Below, one piece after another: positions 137,597-147,671 of a stretch of 248,000 bases of DNA (positions are counted from its first letter, which is position 1; every line of letters starts with the position of its first letter). Location: assembly GCA_009859145.1 (NCBI GenBank), contig VRVR01000022.1:20001-268000 (forward strand), in the 5' to 3' direction. The stretch comes from Andalucia godoyi And28. Taxonomy: Eukaryota > Protista > Jakobida. A model generated the notes under the pieces. It was not told the DNA's origin. It worked only from the letters and a program-made list of their open reading frames with translations, and searched no databases. The translations under genes and the position numbers were made by a program.

Positions 137597-139297
137597 TTAT
137601 GCGTCGCGAAAGACTTGGTTGAAAAGGGCTCGAACGGGTTCCGCAAAGTGGGTGTCGAGCCACGACGCCGAAGGACCGGCATCCACCGTTGATTCCCTCT
137701 TCATGAATGAAGCAGACGTAAATGCCGGGGCGTGCTGCTCACAGATTTCAGTCGCCTCACGAAGTGAACGATCCAGCACAGCACGCACTCGACCTTGGAT
137801 TTTCCGAAAGGAAACGACCCTGACTTCGTTGAACGCCTTGACATACCCATTGTACAGAGACGCGAGGAGCGGGACATCGACAAGCACCTTGGAAGGCCCA
137901 AAGACACACGTCTGCAGTTGCTGGGGAGCCAAAAACATCGAATGGGTCTTCTGGATATGCGACTCAAAGATCGAAGCTGCCTGGTCCATCAGGATGGGAA
138001 GTGCCACATCTACGATTTCCGCGTCGCTCGAAAGCAGCACTTCATCGCATATGGACCGTAGCTGGTCTCCATCAACACATTGCGACACTATTCGCTGCAA
138101 CAACGTCCGCAAAAGTCTGTACACATCCGCCACAAACACATGCAGCGGCTCCACATAGTACTCGGACGCTACCGAGCCTGAGCCCACAGCGGTTCCAGAA
138201 GCAGGAGCATTGGAAAAGACGTACTTGTACTGGGTCGTGACTTCTGCCATACACGCTTCAAACTGCTTGACGAGGTTCCTGGCTGTCGCAACTTGCAAGT
138301 ACCCACTTCCACCATTCGGACCGGAGCCTGCACCGGCCTTGGAGCCTCCGCCTTCTGAGCCTGAAGTGCCTGCGTTACCCGAGGGGATCGCAAAGCACGC
138401 TTCCAGGGCAGATCGAACCCATTGTGCACGTGCCTTTAGAAACACGATTCGCAGCGCCCGTTCGTCCATTCCAAGTCTTTTCAATTCATCACGGTTGCTG
138501 TCCTCCGATGCCGAGACGGCCATCATTCCTGCTAATCGCTTCAACAAGTGAACTGTTCGGATGCACTGTGCAAGCGGCACGGATCCTGGGCCCTCGAGTG
138601 ACTCCACCAAGGCAACCGCGGTTCTTTGCAGGGCCGCATCCACCTGCACTGCAACGATTCCGACAACAATGTGCTTCTTCGAAAACGCTCGCCATGGCTC
138701 AAAAGCATCCGCAAGCTGAACCACGCTTTCCGGGGCATCTGCAGACAGGCAGGCGTCCATCAATGCAGGAATTTCCAGAAACGATGCACAGGAAGAAACA
138801 TGCGACGAAAGCGACGATGCATGTTTCTTGCGTGTCGACGAATTGTGCTCAGCATGGCGAAGAAACACGTCGCATGATTGTGATAGTGAAGGAAGCGCCG
138901 TGTCAATTAGCCGTGATAAATGCACATCAAAGCCCAACAGTTGGTCATTCCGAGACGACGACGACGACGATGACGACGATGACGAAGAAGAAGAAGAAGA
139001 AGAAGAAGAAGCAGGAGCCGCCGAGCTTCTGGAAGACAGCACGGATGACGGATGCGGGATGGTATGAGGCTGTGCGGAGTGGATTGCAAACTCATCAAGA
139101 ACAGAAGCCACAAGATGATGTGCATCGAGAAACGCCCGATAATTCTCAAATGAGAGTTCCTCAAGCGACAATGTCAAATGCGCCTTTTCATCCGCAAGCC
139201 GCTGCGGTTCACGCTGAATGTCTCGAAGCGATAGCGACGCAATCGACGCAAACTCTTCTGCCGACAACACCTCCATGCTCATGTCAACATAAATCAA
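137597..139297 (-). CDS. COG8: COG complex subunit 8 (Dor1)
   Basis: LEELSFENYRAF, FLEIPALMD.C, QCIRTVHLLKRL, LRIVFLKAR..W. Confidence 0.8.
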   Translation of the reverse strand: MIYVDMSMEVLSAEEFASIASLSLRDIQREPQRLADEKAHLTLSLEELSFENYRAFLDAHHLVASVLDEFAIHSAQPHTIPHPSSVLSSRSSAAPASSSSSSSSSSSSSSSSSSSRNDQLLGFDVHLSRLIDTALPSLSQSCDVFLRHAEHNSSTRKKHASSLSSHVSSCASFLEIPALMDACLSADAPESVVQLADAFEPWRAFSKKHIVVGIVAVQVDAALQRTAVALVESLEGPGSVPLAQCIRTVHLLKRLAGMMAVSASEDSNRDELKRLGMDERALRIVFLKARAQWVRSALEACFAIPSGNAGTSGSEGGGSKAGAGSGPNGGSGYLQVATARNLVKQFEACMAEVTTQYKYVFSNAPASGTAVGSGSVASEYYVEPLHVFVADVYRLLRTLLQRIVSQCVDGDQLRSICDEVLLSSDAEIVDVALPILMDQAASIFESHIQKTHSMFLAPQQLQTCVFGPSKVLVDVPLLASLYNGYVKAFNEVRVVSFRKIQGRVRAVLDRSLREATEICEQHAPAFTSASFMKRESTVDAGPSASWLDTHFAEPVRALFNQVFRDA

Positions 139298-139447
139298 AAT
139301 ATTTGTCTTCCTTTTTTAAAATTAAATTAAGCTGTTAAATACTATAAAACAGAGACGAGAGAGGAAAAAACACACGCAAGATTGCTGCGGCATCATTTCA
139401 GCTTTCTTGCTGAATTGACAGTATCTACTGTATGTGTGCTTTTTTTT

Positions 139448-140567
139448 TTACAGTCGCGCATGCCCGGCCCAAGCGGAGGCTTCAATGTCGCACTCGTTGT
139501 TTCCGCGCTGGATCATGAAGAATCCTTGGAGGCCAAAGTCCGTTCCCCAGGAGTTTGCGGCCAGCCAGTAATCAGTGCCATTGAGTGTTCCAAACCCGAT
139601 GAACTTGACTGCGTGGTGACCGAGAAGGGCCCCTGTAAGGTGATGGTACACGCCTTCGGAATACGTCATGAAGTCCTCGTACACCTCAAAGGAGACTTGA
139701 ACAGGTCCGTTTGCCATAATCTCCTCTGCAATCGCTTGAGCATCGCTTTTGCCGCTTGTGCCCCCGGACACATGACGCCCGTTTCGTGCGTGGTAGTACT
139801 TCATGGGCTCGCCGGTGTTGCACTCCTTCATGCACTTGCCCCGATCCCCGTCTTGGCTGTAGTACGGAACGCATGTCTCTGTCGCAATTCCGTGAACTTC
139901 CATGAACAGCCACGCCGTCTCCAGTCGTCCGCCATTGCATCCGTCATCTGTGTAAAAATTTCATAAAATAATAAAATAATAAAATGAAATAACAAGAAAA
140001 CAAATGGTAAGTGAGTGAATGGGTGAACATGCGTGTTTGGAAAGTCGGAATGCTAATTAAGAAAGAACACGGCATACCCATCCAGTCGCACGAAACAAGA
140101 GACTGCGGAGAGAGAACGTCGTTCACTGTTCCGTTGGATTCAATGCAGAAGCGATCTGACAGTACCTCGGACGCCGAGAAGGCCCAGCACGATCCGCACA
140201 GCTGCTGGTCCATGATGCGATGCACACATCCGGGCCACTGCTCTCTCGAGTCAAACGAAGGCGGCAGATCCCCATCTTCGACACCACCGTCGTATATGTC
140301 GGCCTCGCGATCGGCATCCAGACCAAAATGATGCGTTTTCGAGCGATGAGGCGCAATCGTCCCCATAAGACGCTTCACATCATTCTGCGTCCATGTGGAA
140401 AACTTGTTGTGCGCAGCTTTCCACGTTGTGTGCGCTCCGTTGACAGACGCAATCAACTCGTCTGTCACTGCCATCTGCACCGCCAGGTCCCCGGATACTG
140501 TCAACGTCAATGCCACAACGACTACCACAGCAGCCCCCACTGCAGAACTGCACAACAGCGATCGCAT
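139448..140567 (-). CDS. Cathepsin B-like cysteine protease, one intron
   Basis: FDSREQWP, DQ..CGSCWAFS, GHHAVK.IG.G, W..ANSWG. Confidence 0.9.
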
Positions 140568-140789
140568 CTCTACTCCTTTCCGTTTCCCTCCTTTCTTCCT
140601 CTTCCCGCCCTTGAAAATTCTGAAAATGCACGCAACGAAGCAACCCACCACGTAAGCACTGACCATCGGCGATTGTCGGACTGTCGGAACTCGGTTGATG
140701 GCCATGATGCGTCGTACTCGTGCTTTGAAGTTTGAAAACACTGCGTTTCGTTCTGAGCCTCGCCGCTCGCCAGAACATGAATCATTATA

Positions 140790-140970
140790 GATCATCATCG
140801 GCTACGCTGTCACCGAAGACAGATCCAATTTGGGGGCGAGCACCGCCTCTTCAATGCAGATTGCTTTGCATCAAAGGGTCATCGCAACCACGAGTTCCTT
140901 GGTTCTCGGTATCTTCGGGCATGGCCGGTCTGAGTTTGTTGGGAAGATTCCCCATTGGAGCCATGCGATG
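140790..140970 (-). repeat. Dispersed repeat E copy 3
   Basis: Homologous to 21177-21297 and 48745-48930. Confidence 0.65.
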
Positions 140971-141091
140971 TTTTCTGTTTTTGTCTCTGATGCGGTCACC
141001 TGCTTGAGGGTTCGATTATAAATCACAATCAAACAGAAAATAATAGTTCGAGTAAGAAGTGCAAGAATGAAGAAATTTCTAGATTTGAGTA

Positions 141092-141200
141092 CGCCTACAT
141101 TATACACTGCACATGCACATCTACGGATGGTCGTGCATATTCAATCTTGCATTCGGTTGCCGGGAAGGGGATCGGCCCCCAACACGCCTCACGGCGCTCT
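141092..141200 (-). ncRNA. Putative omegaRNA scaffold (A3)
   Basis: Carries a compensatory T-A to C-G pair in the long stem. Confidence 0.6.
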
Positions 141201-141612
141201 TCAGATAGATGTTCCGCGCTGCATTCCCAATCTCAATCAATCTGTGAGCCACTTTCTCAGCGTGACACGTTGTTCCTGAGAAGGGTGCATTTTGATTCTG
141301 ACGGCCCTAGCAGCAGGCGCAGTGACACGTGGTCTCTTAGTAGGTCTGCGGGACCTAGGAGGCCCTGCATCGAGCGGCGTAGGCGTAGGCGAATGCGTCA
141401 TCCCAGCGCAGTCACGCCCATATTCGAATTAAAAAAGTGAAATCAGCGAATGATAGAATAGATGGCCACGGATGCTGCGTTAAAGAGTGTTGAAAATGCG
141501 GAGCCTGTGTCACCAGCTGAATTTTGGCCGAGCGTGCGTAAGCACGAATTCCCTGTGGAGCAAACGTGCTGGTGTCGGCCAGTGTCGACCGCCGACGTAT
141601 TACTAATCAGCG
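141092..141612 (-). mobile_element. Non-autonomous Fanzor2 element, family A copy 3
   Basis: CCGCTGATTAG left end, same N/C junction, GTGTATAATGTAGGCG right end. Confidence 0.88.
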
Positions 141613-142056
141613 GTAAGACAATCATAGCTGTCAGCCGTAGTCCTCAGGCAATGTCGGCAATTCCTATAGTCATGAAAATTTCCGAATCCAGAAGTTTCGA
141701 CCATCAATCCGCCTATCTACGTTCTACTCGTCATCTTCACTATTGCCTTTTACTTCTTCATTCTACTTCTTTGCAGACTCAGTTTTTTTTCCCACTCCCG
141801 AGTCACTCAGTCTCACTTTCGATCCACTCACCTTCAGCCAATTACTTATCAGAATTTGCACGACGTTTGATCAAACACCATCCGTGTTTATTCGTTCCCT
141901 AACACTGCGCTGCTGTTCATTACTCTTATCGACTTGGGATATCCTCTCGCTGTGCCTTTTCATTTTTCATTTTTCATTCTTGATGCTGATTGCTGATTGC
142001 TGATTGCTAGTTGTTATTCAGTTTCATCTTTTTCGTGCTTGTTTGTTGCTTGTGAA

Positions 142057-143625
142057 ATGCTGATCAACTCGCGGTCTGTTCTGCGGTCGTTGTTTCCGAC
142101 AAACAATGGGCAGCAGCAGCAACAGGCACTGCAGCAGGACCAGCCTGTCCAGCAAACTGGAGCTTCTTCCGCGGCCGTGACTGGCATTGCGGGCCATGCG
142201 GATGCTCAGCAGGAACAGCGCGGAGTGTTTCAGCAGGTTCGACAACGGTTCAATCGAAATCCCGTCGCTGCAATTCGCAGAGTGTGGACTTCTCCATGGG
142301 GGTTTCCGCGAATCCCGCACTTTCTGTCGTTCCCGACCCCGTCGGCAGCGTCGTTGGCGCTAGCGTCTGCGTCCAATGCATCGGCTGGAGAGGGACATTG
142401 CGCGGATGTCGACGAGGATGGAGGAGACTCTTCGTGCGGTGCGCATCTTCCAGGAGCTACTTGCAGGATATGCTTTGAGCCGTTGTCCGGAATCTCGATT
142501 TCATCATCCGAGGCCCTGGATTCCTTGGCTTCGGGAGTCTCTTCCTCTTCTTCTTCCGCGCCGAACTCGTCTGCTCCATTCGGCGAGGATGACGACGGTC
142601 TGTGCTACTCATGCTCGTCAGCATTCGCGCCAAAGATTCACAACGACACGACAACCATCTGCACCACTGCTGCTATCTCCACTGACGGTAGCGGTAGTGG
142701 TGGCTACAGTCGCAATAACAAGTCGAGCAGCAATATCACAACTTCCGAGGTTGTCTGCGCTGGTGCTGCCGGTGCTGGTCAAAGCGTGTTTGCGGTGAAG
142801 GAGTGGGTTGTACCGTGTGCATGTACCGGTACGCAACAGTATGTGCATGTCTCTTGTCTTGATTTGTGGCGAAAGCGATCGTCTCGTACGGATGCGTATG
142901 TGCGATGTGATGTGTGTCGCACTCCATATGCCATCTCGATTTCGCACGTGCCCTCATTCCGCGAATTCTGGACGGGCACTCCATTTTTCCACACAATCTT
143001 CCCGCTGTTCTGTCAGTGCATTTCTGTGGCGTCGTTTGCATCGTTGCTGATGTTCTCGTCCATGTACGTTGTTCTGAAGGGCGTCGTTGTGTTCTTGAAT
143101 GCGTCTTGCGATCCCGAGTCGCTGCTTTTCCAAATCATGTTGCTGGAGCTTGTGAATCGAATTGGTGCAAAGGCGCTGTGCACAAGGCTGATATTTGCGT
143201 TGATGCTGATTGTTGCCTCGCTCCATTTGCTGTTTAATGTTCCGCTGTCCGAGGCGATTCATACTGTCTCCGTTCTGCTTCCCACTTTGCGCGGATTTTG
143301 GAGGAATGCCGAGGTTGGTCTTGCATTCGGCTCCTCGTTTCTCCGACATTGCTCTTCGTCGCTTGCTGTTGGAATCATGGCAGGTCTCGGAGCATTCGGC
143401 ATCGAGCTTCTCAGGCAGTTTCGAACATATCAAAAGTCGCACACTCGCGATCGCGTCTTGAACTATGTCCCCCCCGACAAGAAGGGGCTTCTCAAGAAGA
143501 GATCCATTTCGGTTTTGCCTCCGCCATCGTCACCTTCTCATTCGTCACCATCGTCTCCCACTTCTGCCTCTGCCTCTGCCTCGTCGTCGACATCTTATTT
143601 ATCTGTGAACAGTGTGCAATCATGA
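142057..143625 (+). CDS. MARCH-type RINGv membrane E3 ligase with split RING
   Basis: CRICFE .. PCACTGTQQYVHVSCL..W..CDVC; downstream TM helices. Confidence 0.8.
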   Translation: MLINSRSVLRSLFPTNNGQQQQQALQQDQPVQQTGASSAAVTGIAGHADAQQEQRGVFQQVRQRFNRNPVAAIRRVWTSPWGFPRIPHFLSFPTPSAASLALASASNASAGEGHCADVDEDGGDSSCGAHLPGATCRICFEPLSGISISSSEALDSLASGVSSSSSSAPNSSAPFGEDDDGLCYSCSSAFAPKIHNDTTTICTTAAISTDGSGSGGYSRNNKSSSNITTSEVVCAGAAGAGQSVFAVKEWVVPCACTGTQQYVHVSCLDLWRKRSSRTDAYVRCDVCRTPYAISISHVPSFREFWTGTPFFHTIFPLFCQCISVASFASLLMFSSMYVVLKGVVVFLNASCDPESLLFQIMLLELVNRIGAKALCTRLIFALMLIVASLHLLFNVPLSEAIHTVSVLLPTLRGFWRNAEVGLAFGSSFLRHCSSSLAVGIMAGLGAFGIELLRQFRTYQKSHTRDRVLNYVPPDKKGLLKKRSISVLPPPSSPSHSSPSSPTSASASASSSTSYLSVNSVQS

Positions 143626-143745
143626 TTCGTTTAATTTAATGAAAAAATAATGAAAACGCGTTCACAATAAACTTTTTGCAGTTTGATCAGAAATAGGGAA
143701 TCTTTGTTTGAGCTTCACAAGAGGCCAACGCTTGGCGCGCAGCCC

Positions 143746-144999
143746 TCAAGAAGATCGAGATTTCTTATACGGAGGTCTTCCAGCAATGCCACTGCCACTG
143801 CCACTGCCACTGCTGCTGCTTGGCCCTCGATTGTCATGTCGCCGTTCGCCGTCGTCGTGACTTCTGGGTCGCTTCCTCGATTCCTGTGAATCGTCTCGGC
143901 GGTAACTGTTGCGTCCACCGCCATGCTGACGATACCGACTGCTTCTTTCTTGATCACGCTTTCTTGTCTTCGCCTTCTCCTTCGCCTTTGCGGTGATCGT
144001 CTTTGCCTTCTCCTCATCAACAGTCTTGAACACACGCAATGGTCGAATATACTCCTTTGGATTGATCTGGAAACCACCCTCTTTAGGCACAAACGGATTC
144101 AAGTTTGTTTCCTGCTCATGAAGCGCATTGATCATCTTGGGAACGCACTTGGAGTCGGAAAAAGACACGAATGCAAACCCCTTCCCAATTTGCGTCTTCC
144201 CATCGCGAACAACACGAACCCCTGTAACCGTCCCTGCATCTCCAATCGTGTCTGTGGAGAGTCGCCAGAGAACCTCGTCTTCAATGTCCAGCGGCAAGTT
144301 TCCCACAAACACCGATTTCTTGCGGTCCATCTTGGTGACAGTGGATAGGGAGCAGCCCAGATGAAAACCGTGGAAATCCACTCCATTTGCTGCAGCGAGC
144401 GCTTTCGTAGCTTCCTCGACCGCCTTGAACACGACGTAGGCATGGCATGACGTTCGAGATTCATGAAACTGGCCCAACTTGAAAGCAGCCCGTTTTGGCA
144501 GCTTTGGGGTTTCAAATGCAACCGATCGCAGTCTCACCGATTCAATCGTTCCGTACTGCCTAAACTGTGTTTCAAGATGATTCTGAAGAACAGTCGTGGA
144601 GAACAGCTTCAGCGGCACATTGGACACAAACACCGTCCGAGCATCCTGCTCAGAATCGTACGAATGCGCCCGATCTTGCTGCTTCTTTGAAAACGACCGT
144701 GGCTTGCGAATCTTTGGCTTTCCAGTCTCACCCGATCCATTGCCATCATCATCATCACCATCATTACCATTCTTCACCTCTGCTCCGTCTGCTGCACTGG
144801 CAGTCGACTCGGAGGCAGCCTTGGGCTTCATAGCAAGCGACGGATACTGCAGCGGAGTCGACATTGACTTTTGAAAAATCTTTGCAAGCGAAGTGGAGCT
144901 CGCAGATGCCGCAGCAGCATCTTCTTGAGACCCTGCTTTCGTTGCAAGATACGCAGCCAGCGAAAACGGAGACTCTGCCATCTTTCCTCCTGCCAACAT
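143746..144999 (-). CDS. RBM34: Nucleolar RRM protein NOP12/RBM34
   Basis: RTVFVSN.P, ESVRLRS, SVFVGNLP, GKGFAFV. Confidence 0.85.
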   Translation of the reverse strand: MLAGGKMAESPFSLAAYLATKAGSQEDAAAASASSTSLAKIFQKSMSTPLQYPSLAMKPKAASESTASAADGAEVKNGNDGDDDDGNGSGETGKPKIRKPRSFSKKQQDRAHSYDSEQDARTVFVSNVPLKLFSTTVLQNHLETQFRQYGTIESVRLRSVAFETPKLPKRAAFKLGQFHESRTSCHAYVVFKAVEEATKALAAANGVDFHGFHLGCSLSTVTKMDRKKSVFVGNLPLDIEDEVLWRLSTDTIGDAGTVTGVRVVRDGKTQIGKGFAFVSFSDSKCVPKMINALHEQETNLNPFVPKEGGFQINPKEYIRPLRVFKTVDEEKAKTITAKAKEKAKTRKRDQERSSRYRQHGGGRNSYRRDDSQESRKRPRSHDDGERRHDNRGPSSSSGSGSGSGIAGRPPYKKSRSS

Positions 145000-145265
145000 T
145001 TATTAAAAATAAATACGCCTCTCAAAAACAGGAAACAAGAAAAAAAACCCGAATAAAGCAAGTCTGACAAAATACGTGGAAAACAAGATACGGACCCACA
145101 TGGATACGACACAATAGGAGCGAAAGTTGAATGGGTCTCAAACAGCAGTAGTCGCTTGGCGTACAGAAGACCGCGAAAACCCAACACAATTTGCAGAGTC
145201 TTCGTCGTTTTATACTTTGGGCTCCATTGGAGAGCCCCGAAGGTGAGAACGACGACACGGGAAAA

Positions 145266-145375
145266 CGCCTACATTATACACCGCACATGCATATCTACGA
145301 GTAGACATGCATATTCAACCTTGCATCCCGTTGCCGCGAAGGGGATAGGCCCCCAACACGCCTCACGGCGCTCTT
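145266..145375 (-). ncRNA. Putative omegaRNA scaffold (A4)
   Basis: Conserved hairpins. Confidence 0.6.
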
Positions 145376-145866
145376 CAGATAAATGTTCCGCGCTCCGTTC
145401 CCAATCTCGATCAATCTGTGAGCCACTTTCTCAGCGTGACACATTGTTCCTGAGAAGGGTGCATTTTGAGTCTGGCGGCCCTAGCGGCAGGCACTTTCGT
145501 GTCCTCAGTTGCAGCGATTGACGCAACTGGAGACACGAGAGGAAGAGGCGGTCTCTTAGTAGGTCTGCGGGACGTAGGAGGCCCTGCATCGAGCGGCGTA
145601 GGCGTAGGCGAATGCGTCATCCCAGCGCACCCACGCCCATATTTGAATAAAAAGAGTGAAACCAACGAATGATAGAATAGATGGCTACGGATGTTGCGTT
145701 AAAGAGTGTCGAAAATGCGGAGCCTGTGTCAGAGGCTGAATTTTGGCCGAGCGTGCGTAAGCACGAATTTCCTGTGAAGCAAACGCGCTAGTGTCGGCGA
145801 CTGCTAACCGTGTCTGTTTATGTTTACTTCCGTATATGCATAACAATGGTGTGTTATTATTCAACA
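145266..145866 (-). mobile_element. Non-autonomous Fanzor2 element, family A copy 4
   Basis: MTHSPTPTPLDAGPP..AARLKMHPSQEQCVTLRKW then C-terminal DRD.NGARNI; right end AATGTAGGCG. Confidence 0.88.
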
Positions 145867-146318
145867 GTGTTGCGATTATTATTTTCATTTTTGAATTGAT
145901 ACGCGGGGAATGAACGCTTCATGTCAAGTGACGGATCGAAAGGAGGCTGCCGCGTCTGAAGCGTTGGCTTCCATCGACTTGTTTCTGAAGCAAGGGAAGC
146001 TCCCCATTCATGCTGTGCCGCAAGAAAGCCTTTATTCCATCGAGAAGATTGCTGATTCACTTCGATCCGCTGTTGGCGGTGGTACTTCGTCGTCGTAGTC
146101 GTCGTCGCTATCATCATCATCATCATCATCATCATCATGATCGCGAGGACCGACGGGTTGGACTGGTGTGACTGACTTAGCTGGCCGAGTTTACCCTGTT
146201 GGATTAACATGTAAATTACACAAAACAGTATATCATGAGAGGAGGTTGGAATCTTAAAAGGGGAGGGAAGAGGATACGAATAATAACAATGATCGCATTT
146301 TCAGAGTGAGTTGTGCAG

Positions 146319-147272
146319 TCAAAGATTCTGAAGAGGGATTTCGTCGAGGAATAAGAGGGTCTTTAGCTTTTCACACGACTTTCTGACCTTTGCAACGTAG
146401 TCTGTGGACTTTTCGATCGGGTTTCCACGCAGAACAAGGCTTTCCAGCACGGGGAATCGCTTTGCAATTCCGCTGATGTCTTTGAGAAAGTTGTGGCTGG
146501 CGTTGAGCACTTTCAGGTTTGGACAGCGTGGAAGCTTTGCGATCGACGTGAACTCGTTGTGGCTTACGTAGAGCGTTTCGACTTGGGGAAGCCCGATGTC
146601 CGACAGGTCCGAGAGCCCGTTGTGGTTCAGCACAAGCGTGTGAACCGCAGACAGCCTTCGCAGCACAGCTTTCAAGTGTGGCATCTGGAACGAGTCTCCG
146701 AGCTCCTGATGCGCAAGATTCACTGTATGCATAAGTTCCAATCCTCGAACTTCTGTCTCAATAATCTCGCGCTTCGTGAGCTTCTTTTTCTTCTTGTCCT
146801 CCTCGCTCTTTGCCAGCGACTTCGAATCCATCGTTGCTACTCCTCCTGCTGCTCCTGCAGATGCTGTCGATGTGGCAGGGCCTGTAGCGCCAGTGCCTGT
146901 GGTGCTTGACGCGTCTGCATTCGCCCTAGGGGATGTAATGACCACTGCTGCATCATTCTTACTGTTCGCAGCCGCAACAAACAATGCTGCCGCGTTGTCG
147001 GTGCGGTTCTTGTGTGATAAAGGACCCAATCGAATGCGCGGCGCTTTAAGAGGCTCGGTCGGAGGAACGTGATTGGGAACCTCAAACCAGCGGCTTGGAA
147101 ACAGCGACTCTCGAACGTCCTGTGAAGTGTGAAAAGAAGGAAACGGAGGCCGTGATTTATAAGATCCCGCTCCTACTGCTGCTGAAGCCGCCGCCGCCGC
147201 CGACGATGATGATGATGATGCAGAGAGCGCATGATCTGTCTTCAGTACCGCCATTTTTGACATGTCCGTCAT
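146319..147272 (-). CDS. LRR protein
   Basis: LVLNHNGL, LYVSHNEF, LNASHNFL, LVLRGNPI. Confidence 0.75.
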   Translation of the reverse strand: MTDMSKMAVLKTDHALSASSSSSSAAAAASAAVGAGSYKSRPPFPSFHTSQDVRESLFPSRWFEVPNHVPPTEPLKAPRIRLGPLSHKNRTDNAAALFVAAANSKNDAAVVITSPRANADASSTTGTGATGPATSTASAGAAGGVATMDSKSLAKSEEDKKKKKLTKREIIETEVRGLELMHTVNLAHQELGDSFQMPHLKAVLRRLSAVHTLVLNHNGLSDLSDIGLPQVETLYVSHNEFTSIAKLPRCPNLKVLNASHNFLKDISGIAKRFPVLESLVLRGNPIEKSTDYVAKVRKSCEKLKTLLFLDEIPLQNL

Positions 147273-147671
147273 TTATTGAGCACACCAGTGACACGATGGA
147301 GGACACCCAAAGCACTGCACTTCAGTTCCTCGTTCAGCAACCAGTACAAAAGTTTCAATGCCTTCGTTCTTGTGGCTTTCGTCGACCGAGGGTCCTGAAA
147401 CAGCAGACTACTGAAGCGGGGAATAATCATTGTGACGTTTTCACAATTCCGGAGGTCGTGTCGAAGCATGTCGACATCTTGAAGCGGTCTTTTTCTCCTT
147501 TTTCAGCAACTGTTGGGATTCCCACGGTTCCACAGGCTTCGTGGTTTTCGTGGTTTTCGTGGTTTTCGTGGGTTTCGTCGTATATGAGATTTAACGTCTG
147601 AATTCTGAAAGTCTGAATTCTGGAGCGTCCGCAAGGCTAACTGTCTCGAGCTCGAGTGAGAGGGAGATGGC

